From: Fonticula alba ATCC 38817
Lineage: Eukaryota; Protista; Nucleariida
DNA length: 64,000 nt
Direction: 5' to 3' (one strand)
Assembly: GCA_000388065.2 (NCBI GenBank)
Contig: KB932204.1
The notes under the pieces: model-generated
What the model was told of the DNA's origin: nothing
The model's database searches: none
What the model saw: the letters and a program-made list of their open reading frames with translations, nothing else
Position numbers and translations under genes: made by a program
Part shown: piece by piece, positions 23,821-33,500 of the stretch
Position numbering within the stretch: the first letter of the stretch is position 1
How the letters are laid out: each line of letters starts with the position of its first letter

Positions 23821-24330
23821 GTTGTTGTATTCATGTCCGAGTGGTGACCCTCTCGGGACGGAACGCTCTGGGTGGTTCAGGGAAGGCCCTCACCGGTCCC
23901 CCAGAATCACATACCAGAACCGGAGCGTTTCACCCCACCTTTGATTGGGCGCCGGCCGACGCCCCCCACCCCCGCCAGGCTAAGGGGCAGGCGAATCTCC
24001 GTGCATCGGCCGGGGGCCGGGTCGTCATGTCCGACCGGGGAACGTGGCCCGGCACAGCCCACGCGCTTTTGCCCGTCCTTTCCCCGAGAGACCCCTCTCC
24101 GCCGGACCGTGGGGAATCTGCTGGCGGCCGGGTAAAAGGGCGCCCCGCCCGAAGTCAAGGGCGATGGCGTGGAAGAAAATGTGCCCCTTTAAAAAAGTCG
24201 CCTGCTCCGTTGCCGGCCCCTCGGCGGTACGCGCAGGCTTTGCACACGGCGCGCCCAGGAGAGCGCAACAGCGCCCTCGGACGCTTGCCCTGTGTCCAAA
24301 GCTTGCCGAAGAACCAAAAAAGATGAAGAT

Positions 24331-24403
24331 AGCCCACTGTGGGGCTCGAACCCACGACCCTGGGATTAAGAGTCCCATGCTCTACCAACTGAGCTAAACA
24401 GGC
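24331..24403 (-). tRNA. tRNA-Lys-CTT: tRNA-Lys(CUU), second copy identical to 16602-16674
   Basis: Same 73-nt sequence; different flanks; T6 downstream. Confidence 0.97.
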
Positions 24404-24485
24404 TAACGTGAAGGCAAGAGACACCTCTGGCAATAAATCCCCACCGGCGAGGCGGCAGACCGGCTGGCAGACAATCTACACACAC

Positions 24486-24486
<1 letters not shown>

Positions 24487-24527
<41 letters not shown>
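24487..24527. repeat. (GA)n microsatellite
   Basis: About 20 GA units read directly. Confidence 0.9.
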
Positions 24528-24528
<1 letters not shown>

Positions 24529-26243
24529 GGCCGGGGGGCCGAGGTGGCCAGCGGGACGCGTCGCGGAGCCAGGCAAGAAAAGGAGCCCTCTTTCGTCGCG
24601 CAGTCGGTGAAGCAGGCCACCCAGAAGGCGGCCATGTCTGCCTGGCCAGCGGCGCATGCCCGCGCTGGGACTGTGGCGGGGGGTGTCCACTCCCCCGAGG
24701 CAAAGAGCGACCATGCTCCGGCCGCGAGGGAGATGGCCAGCTTGATGGTCTGCGATCGGGGGCCAGGGGGAGGAGGGCGCCGAGTCCTGGCGCATGCGTG
24801 GGATGGCATGCACGAGGATCCCCGAGCGGTCCACGGGCCCGGGGGCCGCGCGAGCCGACCGCCAGTCGAGGGGCTCCCGTCGACATGGATGGCCACGCCC
24901 GGGCCTCCGGGCATTCGCCGATTGCTGTCCCGGCAAACGGCGCCCCGTGCCTGCCAATCGATGGGGATGTCGGGTGCGGGAGCGTGCACCAGGGGACCGT
25001 GGCTGCGGGACATCGGCTTGGCAGCTGGTTGGGGGAGGTGCCGCTGATGTCGAGGTGCGATGCCGGCCACAGCACAAATGCCCGTAGGATGTGATACATG
25101 TGCCTCGTCAAAGGGGGGGAGGGGGGCCAGAAACACGGAGTTGCCCAGCAGGGGGTGGGCGAATGCAGGGCCTGATCATGGCCGTCGACGGTGCGCCTCA
25201 AGGAGCAGGACGCCCTCTGCCCGAGGAACATACCCGCCACCGGTGGCTGGCCGAGGGGGCGCTCCATCCGAGACAGCCCCCCCGGGGCTTGGGCTGCCGG
25301 TCGTGGGGGCAATAGTCCACGCACGCTGGATATCCGGCTTTCACAGGGCGACCCGTGGCGCGGCGATCAGCGGACACAGCTCGGCGAGGGACGGGGCCGT
25401 GTCCGAGCGCTGCTCTACGATGGGGCATGCAGGACTCGGTGCCGCGCGCCAAATGGGCGAGCCCCCGTGCCGTGCCATGTCGCAGCATCCCCACGCCCGG
25501 AGCCGGGCCTGGCCGGGTGCGCATTCCCTCGTCTCGGAGGGTGAGCGCGATGTGGCTCCAGCTCGGGGCACCCGCCCCCGGGCCCGGTCTCCATGGCTTA
25601 GCCGGGGGCCGCTGAAGCGCAACAGTCCCGCCAAGGGATTCGGGGAATGGTGCCCTGGGTGCCGGGCGGCTTTGTGCTGCTCCCCTTGCCCTGCCTGGCG
25701 GCGGGCAGTACGGGTGCCGGCGGCTTTGGCAGATCATCCAATGATGCCCTTCGGATCCTTGCGGCCGGGGGCCCGATTGCAGCCCCCCCCCCCGGCGCCC
25801 GGAGCACCACATTCCACCCGCGGGCAACCCTCGGGCCCGTGTGGCCATGCACCAGACATTGAGGCAGCCAGAAGCCAAGCACAGATCGCCCGGGCCGGCC
25901 GGGGTCCATGAGATCTGGTCATCACCGGGGACGCCGAGGTGCTGCGAAGTGCAACCAGCGTGTCACGCACCGTCGGATCTTTGGGCCGCCGCCCTGCCCC
26001 TGCTCGGTTCTCGACTGCCGTCACCTCGCTCGATCAGAGGAGGCCACGCCCTCGACGCAATCCCGTAGCAGGGGGATCCATCTCCCGCCCTGCCCTCCCC
26101 CTGCCGAAGGCCGGTGCGGGCGTCGACCTTCACAGCCCACGCGACCCACGTCATTGCATGGCCCCTTTCCTTCTCCGTGTGTCGCCTCTCCCCCGGGTAC
26201 CCCGGAAAAGGGGCCTCCTTTTGTCGCCTCCCGTCCAGGAGCA

Positions 26244-26355
26244 CAGCACCTGAAGGATGGTCATTCTCCCCTGGCGGGGGGGGGGGGGGGGCCGTGGGAC
26301 TCAGTCCCCGATGCCCTTCATACCAAGATGCAGATCGCCCGCTATCTTATTTTTT
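26244..26355 (+). ncRNA. Candidate unannotated Pol III small RNA or its pseudogene, element B (paralog of A)
   Basis: Shares CAGCACC(T)TGAAGGAT.GTCATTCTC and AGTCCC.GATG..AAGA.GCAGATC.CC.GCT with element A and ends in T6; the middle is a G-run and no TATA box is seen. Confidence 0.28.
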
Positions 26356-26531
26356 GTTGATTTTTTTTTGCGAACCGAGAGGGTCACCTCTCGGGGAGCA
26401 GGGCGCTGCCGGTGGCTCACGGCGGCCCTCGGCCGGCCCCCGCTTGCGGGGCATGTCGGAGTCGGAGCACGACCGGGGTGCCAAAAAGACCGGTTAAATG
26501 CCACTCCCGGGCCGGCTGGTTCCCAGAAGAC

Positions 26532-26603
26532 GCGGCTGTGGTCAAGTGGTAAGATGCTTCCCTCCCAAGGAAGAGATCCAGGGTTCGAACCCCTGCTGTC
26601 GCA
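26532..26603 (+). tRNA. tRNA-Gly-CCC: tRNA-Gly(CCC) copy 1
   Basis: GCGGCTGTGGTCAAGTGGTAAGATGCTTCCCTCCCAAGGAAGAGATCCAGGGTTCGAACCCCTGCTGTCGCA; anticodon arm CTTCC-CT[CCC]AA-GGAAG; T arm CAGGG/CCCTG; T5 downstream. Confidence 0.94.
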
Positions 26604-26951
26604 CTCCCTTCTTTTTGATCCGGATANNNNNNNNNNNNNNNNNNNNNNNNNNNNNNNNNNNNNNNNNNNNNNNNNNNNNNNNNNNNNNNNNNNNNNNNNN
26701 NNNNNNNNNNNNNNNNNNNNNNNNNNNNNNNNNNNNNNNNNNNNNNNNNNNNNNNNNNNNNNNNNNNNNNNNNNNNNNNNNNNNNNNNNNNNNNNNNNNN
26801 NNNNNNNNNNNNNNNNNNNNNNNNNNNNNNNNNNNNNNNNNNNNNNNNNNNNNNNNNNNNNNNNNNNNNNNNNNNNNNNNNNNNNNNNNNNNNNNNNNNN
26901 NNNNNNNNNNNNNNNNNNNNNNNNNNNNNNNAATCTTCCACCACCGAGCGA

Positions 26952-27023
26952 GCGGCTGTGGTCAAGTGGTAAGATGCTTCCCTCCCAAGGAAGAGATCCA
27001 GGGTTCGAACCCCTGCTGTCGCA
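26952..27023 (+). tRNA. tRNA-Gly-CCC: tRNA-Gly(CCC) copy 2
   Basis: Identical 72-nt sequence with distinct flanks; T-run downstream. Confidence 0.94.
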
Positions 27024-27784
27024 CTCTCTTTTTCGCTATTTTCTTTTCCCCGCGCCGGGCCCGCCCCCGGGGTGCCGCCCACATCACCGGCCGGACCTGT
27101 GTGTTCCCGCCCTTTCGCCCTTGCTTTCTTCGTCCCTGTGTGGCCCTTGCGCCGTTGTGCTCGGCCCCGGGTTCCACCCTCGGGCCATCTTTCCTGGCCT
27201 GGGGCATGGGCCGTGCCCCCGCCGGCCTGATGTGTTCCCGACGACTTGCCACATCCCGGCGGGTGATCGACAGGGCGCCTGCTTGTCCTGGCCACCGGGG
27301 AAGGAGGGGGAGCATGAGCCTGGTCCACCGCCGGCACAGAGCACTTTCTCTGGCGCGACTCGGCCCATCCGGCCCTGGGTGTCCCCGCCTTGCCGCGTGG
27401 CACCCCACAAAAAGAGGGCACCCTTCCCGTCTCCTTCTTTTCTTTTTGAGAGGTTCCGGCACCCTGCAAGCTCATTGCCCTCCGGGGAGGGAGCCCTGCG
27501 TCCCTTTGCCCCTGTCCATGGATTGCCTTTGGTCCGGGCGACAGCCGACACCGTGGCTTGGTCCCGGGGGTGCTCGCTGCCCCGAGGGGAGGTTCTCGAT
27601 TGGCCCTTCCTGCCCCCCCCCCCCTGGTGGTCGTTGTCCCGCTATGTGCAGGGGGATCTCCTCGCGAGGGAACACCAGCGGGCGTGGCGCCGGGGCATGT
27701 GCCCGCCCCTCGGGACGGCCGCAAAGGGCGTGTCTCAGTAGTTACCTTGAAATGGACAAAAAAGTGCCTCCCAGCCACCGAGCA

Positions 27785-27856
27785 GCGGCTGTGGTCAAGT
27801 GGTAAGATGCTTCCCTCCCAAGGAAGAGATCCAGGGTTCGAACCCCTGCTGTCGCA
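27785..27856 (+). tRNA. tRNA-Gly-CCC: tRNA-Gly(CCC) copy 3
   Basis: Identical 72-nt sequence; trailer CTCCCTTCTTTTT shared with copy 1. Confidence 0.94.
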
Positions 27857-28890
27857 CTCCCTTCTTTTTCCACTTTTGTCAGTCCGTGGCGCTCCCCTGC
27901 ATACGTTCTCCCCCCCCCCGGAGAGGGGGGCGCTCGGGGCAGCATCCCCGAAGACCGGACAAAGTCCCCCTACTGGGCGTGTACTCCCTGTTGGCTTGTG
28001 TTCAACGCGCGATGTTGCTTGAACGTGCCCCCCCCCCCCTGAGAGGGGGGCTTTTCGGATTGGACGATGCGGGGGGGGGGTGTATGCCTGCCCACAGCCG
28101 GCACGAGAGTGGTCCGGGCGCATTTCCTCCCCTCTCCCGTGCCTCCGTCCATGTGCATGGCCGTGTGGGTGTGTGTCGTTGTCTGGGGGCATGGCGCGAC
28201 CGTGTCGTCGGAGACCCTGCTTGGTGGGTGCCGGTCCGCTCGACAGCGCGCGTTCTTCTACTCCGACATTGGCTGCCGCTCGAACAGGCCCCGGGGCCCT
28301 TTTGGTGGCGGGCGCCTGTCGGCCGCTCGAAGGGGGCGAGGCACATCACTGTGTTCCGTGCCCGGCCGCGCTTGCAGCGCGCGATCCGTGCCTCGTGCCG
28401 GATGTCACCCCCTCTCCGGTGGAGGACGGCAGCCGTGGCATGGGGCCCGGCTCGGGCGGCCTTGCCGAAGTCCCTGGTCGCGGGGCGCGCGCCAGCGCCA
28501 GTATGGCCGGATCCGGCGGGCAACTTTACCTTTTCCTTTTTGGCTCCATCTCCCCCTTGCCACACCACCACCCGGGCCGATGTTCTCGGTCAGCCCGACG
28601 AGAGTCTGCCGGGGCTCGAGAAGAGCGTCCGCCGCCGCACGAGGTGGTGGCAGTGTGTCGGGCGAAGCCCGGTGTCCGGCACGTTCCGCCGCGCACGTGG
28701 CTTGCACGAGGTCGCCCGGACCCGGGGCAGAGTGCCCGAGGCCGCGATCTCCCGGGCCGCGTTCGGCGTGCCGGGTCCGTTCATCGCCGGTCGGGCTCAT
28801 TGCCGGGATGGATGGTGTGCTCGATCGGAGAGATCCGCCCAAAGGGTGTCCTACAAATAGGAAGGATTCGATGCCTTTTCCACCGAGAAA

Positions 28891-28962
28891 GCGGCTGTGG
28901 TCAAGTGGTAAGATGCTTCCCTCCCAAGGAAGAGATCCAGGGTTCGAACCCCTGCTGTCGCA
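28891..28962 (+). tRNA. tRNA-Gly-CCC: tRNA-Gly(CCC) copy 4
   Basis: Identical 72-nt sequence; T6 terminator. Confidence 0.94.
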
Positions 28963-29488
28963 CTCTTTTTTCCACCGGCCGACCGNNNNNNNNNNNNNNN
29001 NNNNNNNNNNNNNNNNNNNNNNNNNNNNNNNNNNNNNNNNNNNNNNNNNNNNNNNNNNNNNNNNNNNNNNNNNNNNNNNNNNNNNNNNNNNNNNNNNNNN
29101 NNNNNCCCCCCCCCCCCCCCCCCCGAAACACGGCCCTTGCCGGTCCCCCCGAGCCCGAGCAATGGCCATCCCCCGGTGTCTTCCTCGCTTCGCCTGTCCC
29201 GTGCACCCCGCGCGCTCTGCCCGGGTGTTTCCCTCTCTTTCTCTTTCTCTCCCTCCCGCACGGGGGAAGGGCCCGCACCCGGATTGGCCCCTCCGGGCCG
29301 AGGGCCGACCGGCGGGCGCGGCCAATCGACGGGCCGTTTTTTTTAAATCTCCACCGCCGTCGCCCGGTGCGCCGGCACCCCCCCCCCCCCCCCCCCCCCC
29401 CGGCGCGGGGGCCCGCCCCGGGGGGGGGAACGAGGGGGACCCCCCAAGGCCCCGCCCCCCAAGGGGGCCCGGCACAACCCCGGGGGGT

Positions 29489-29522
<34 letters not shown>

Positions 29523-30349
29523 TGGGGGACGGGCAGGGAGGGCCGCGGAGCGGAACGAGAGAGGGGGCCGATCTGGCTTGTTCCCCGGCTGCAACCGGCG
29601 AGGGGGGGGGGGGGTTGTATCTTCTCCCGGCTGCGCGCCCGCCCGGACCAGCCCCTCCGGGCTTGGTGGTGCGCCGTTTTTTCTTCCCGCATTTCCTACA
29701 CCGCCGACTGGTTACGGGGAAAATGGCCGGGGTGGGGGCGATCTGCCCGGCGCCGGCCGCCGCCCCAGGTGGCCCACCGGAGGGGGCAACGGCCTCCGCA
29801 TGTATTGCCAGGGGGGGATGTTGTTGGGGCTGATCTGGCAAGAGGGGGGGGGGGGGTATTTCATTCGCCGCGCCGAGCCCGCTGGCCGCCGCGCCGATGT
29901 GGCAGCACTCCCCTCCCGCCGTGTCCCCCTCCTTCCTTCTCTGCCTCTGCCTTCCCAGACTCCCCCCTTCCCTGTGTCTCGCGCCGCGCCCCCTTCGCCT
30001 CCCTTCCTCTTCTTGCCCTCCCCCTCTCGCGCTCGCCCCTCCTCCCACGTGGATCCCCTGTGCCCGCCGGACTGGGCGCGCCCACCACCGGCAATCGGTG
30101 TAGCCCCGCCCCATGGTATGTCTTCTCCTCCCTCTCGCCCTCTCTCCCCCTCTCTCGCTCGGCCTGCACCCCCCCCCCCCCCCCCGCCCCAAATGCCCCG
30201 ATGCTGACAGGAACTCGCCGGCCCTTGCGCGATAGTTCCGCATTCGTCCGATCAATGAGCCGCCGCCGGCCGGGGCGTCGGCCTCGGTCAGCCCGCTGCT
30301 GGCCTCGCTGCAGACAACCTCCACCGGCCGGCGCCGGCCTCGCCAGCGC

Positions 30350-30508
30350 ATGGCCCACTTTAATGCCCTCGCTCAGGCGGCACATGCCGCCGTGGAGGAA
30401 ATGCGCCAGGCCATGGAAACCCCGGAGCAGCGCATGCTCCGCCTGGAGAGCGCCTACGCCGGGGTCCTGCGCGCCAGCGCCCTCTGCCTGAATGTGTCAC
30501 TGGCCCTG

Positions 30509-30546
<38 letters not shown>

Positions 30547-33500
30547 AGCCGGCGGCCCGGCCGCCAGCACGGCCCCCGGCCCGGCCTCCGCCGACACTGC
30601 CCCCCCGACCAGCGACGGTGCCCTTGGCCATGTGGCCCCCCTGATGCCGGCCCCCCAGACCTCGCTGGCGCCCGTGGCGCCGGCCGGGCCGCCGCCCGTT
30701 TCGCAAGTCGAGCACCTGGCTCAGCCCCTCGGCACCGGGGTCCCGGTGACTGAGGCGCTCCTTGGCCCGGCGGTGGCCGGCGTCCTCGCGCAGTATGACT
30801 CCCTGCTGGCGACCTTCCCTCCGCTGACCGCCGACGAGGCTACTCGCGCACTGGTCGAGCATGCGGAAGCCCGCGCCGACGAGGCCCGCCTGGCCACGCA
30901 ATTGTCGTCCACCGTCGAGGGCGCGGCCGTCAGTGGCATTTGCGAATTGTCCCTGCTGGCCGATGACCGTCGGCCGCCGCTCTTCATCCCGCGCCGCCGG
31001 TGGGCCGCCAAGGCCCGGCAGTTGCGTGGCCTTGTTCGGGCCAATCGCGCGCGCTTCCTCGAATTGGTGCTCCTCCGTCGCCGGGCCTTCCTGGCCGCCG
31101 CCGCGGCCGATGCCACTTCCGAGCCGGATGCCGCGCTGGCCGCCGCGGCGCTGGCCGATCCCGACTGCACCGAATGGGCCACCCTCCCCGAGGCCGACTC
31201 CACCGAGCGCCACCTGTTGGAGGATGTCCTGGCTGCCTACCTGGAGGTGTGTTCCTCCACCCCTGTCCGCCTTCTCGCTTCCCTCGCCCCCCCCCCCAAT
31301 CACAACCCGGCTGAGGTTCTTTCCCCTCTCTGCCTCTCTCTCTCACACACACATACATTCTCCCTCCCTGCCCCTCCCCCCCCTCTCTCTTTCTCTCTCT
31401 CTCGTCGAAAGGCCGCCACCGATAACCCCACTGCTCCGCGCATCTGGGCTCGCTCCGGAACGCTGGCCCTGCGCCTGGGCCGGCTGTCCCTGGCACGGGC
31501 CGCCTTCCAGCGGGGCCTGTATCCGGAGCTGGCCGGAAGCTTGACGACGTCCGTGCGCCGGCGCGCCGAGTACCAGACCGCCGCCGGGGGGAGCGGCTTT
31601 TCGCCGCTTGACGATCGTGACCCCAAGGACCCGAGCGACCCCCCGGCCGATGAGGAGGCCGCCTCCGATGCAACGGCCCCGAATGCGGCCAGCGGCAGCA
31701 CCGCCGGCCCGGCGGAAGGGGGCGCCTCCGGGGCTCCGAGTGCCGCGGCGGCCGCGGCGGCCGCAGCAGCCGCCGCCTTCGCCGAGGCCGAGTCCCGCGA
31801 CCTGGCTGCCGCCGCGGCTGACAGCGCTCCCCGTGTGGCGCCGCAGTTGCGCAGCCTCTTCACCAACAAGGCACGGCTGGCCGGGACGGCGGCGGCGGCG
31901 CGCGCGCGGCGCCCTGGCCGGCGCCCTGGCGTCCCGACGGCCGATTGTGGGATCTGCTCGCGCGGCCTGCTGGCCACCCTCTATGCCCTCGGGGACCATG
32001 ATGCCCTGGCGGCCGAGGTGCACCGGCGCCTGCCGCAATTGGCCCCGGCCCTGTTGATGGACTTGCGCCGGCCCGATCGCCCGGCGGCCGGGTCCTTCCC
32101 CCCGTCGCGCATCCAGGCGAATGCCGCGCGGATGCTCTACTTCTGGCGGCGCTTGCGCGACCGGCATCTTTCCCACTCGGCCGCAGCGTCGGCCGGGGCC
32201 GAGTGGCCCGTGGCCCCGGCCGCCTCCTCCTCGACCGCTGCCGGCGCTCTCACCACCGCCGATCCGGACGGGTCCTCGGCCGGTGCCCTGCGACTGGATC
32301 TCTCTCAGGCGGCGCCGGTTTTGACCCCGCACTCGGCCGATGGCGAGGGCAGCTCAATGGCCTCCGCGGCGGCCTACTTCCCGGGGCTGCATGCCCTGGC
32401 TGATGTGATCCCCCCGCCGGGGGCCAGGGCCGGGGGGGCCCCGGCCGGGGCGGCGGCGGCGGCGGCCAGCGCGGCCGCCCCGGCTCCCGGCACCCAGGCC
32501 GGCTCCACCCGCTGGACCTGGTCCGCCCTGGCGGCACTGCTGGCAGCCTATGCCGCGGGGCAGACCTCCGGCACACTGGACCAGCCGCTGGTGCAGGTGT
32601 GCTTGCCAGCCTCGGCCGCCAGCGGGGCCGTGGCTGATCCCCCGGCGTCGACGGCCTCCACCGCCGGGGGCGGCCCTGGCACCGGGGCCGACGCGTCGTC
32701 GATCGACACCCAGGCAGCCGGCGACACGGACATGCCCCCTCGCGAGGAGTCAGCCGACGCCGGAGCCCCCTCGGACCCGGCAGCCATCCTGGCCGCCCTT
32801 GTGGCCGGTGAGGCCGACGGCGCCGGCACCGACTCCGACTCCAATGCCCAACGCCGGCGCAGTCGCCGAACCAAGACACGCTCCTCCACCCGAGGGTATG
32901 TCCTTGCCCCCTGCCCCTCCCTCCCTGCCTTTCTCTCTGCCTCGGCCGCGATGGGCCATGGGCCTCCGCCCCCCCCCCCCCCTTCCATCGACATGATCAC
33001 CCACCTGTTCCCCTCGCCCGTGGTCACTGACTGATGCGCTGCCAACAGTGCCGCCGACCCGCCCTCTGTGGCGGTGCCCACCGACATCGACGATGCGGTG
33101 GTCATTTCCAAAATCCTCCTCCGCCTTCTGAGCCAGGTCCGTCCTTGAGCAGCGCCGACACCCCGCCTGGCGGCATTCGTGCTCACCGTTCCCCCCCCCC
33201 CTCCCCTCAGGTGGAGCCCTTCGTCCTGCCGCGTTTGAGCCACCACTTGCAATTGGCCGGGAGTCCCCCCCTCGCAGGCTCAGCCGACCGGGCCATGTCC
33301 GCCGATGATGCGGCCGCGACCGATGCCGACCGCGTCCTGGTGGCCGGCCTGTCGGGCTTCGACTTCAGCCAGCTGCGTGTGGCTGCCGATGTGCGGCCAT
33401 CGACCGCCGGGTCGCAGCCCGGCTCGCCGTCCAGCGACTCGGACTCGGGCATGGTCGATGCCTCGGAGAGCGATTGCGCCCTGGCGGCGGCGGCAGCCGC

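Noticed and set aside
28255-28285. GTTCGAGC B-box-like motif on the minus strand
   Set aside because: No cloverleaf or A box around it.
26532-28962. Repeated 72-bp unit with unique spacers as a CRISPR array
   Set aside because: The units are complete tRNA-Gly genes, spacers are 350-1030 bp, the genome is eukaryotic and no cas genes are present.
16700-29900. Dozens of 60-800-aa ORFs in the tRNA island
   Set aside because: Arg/Gly/Pro-rich with no domains or consistent codon bias; many run through tRNA genes or N-gaps.
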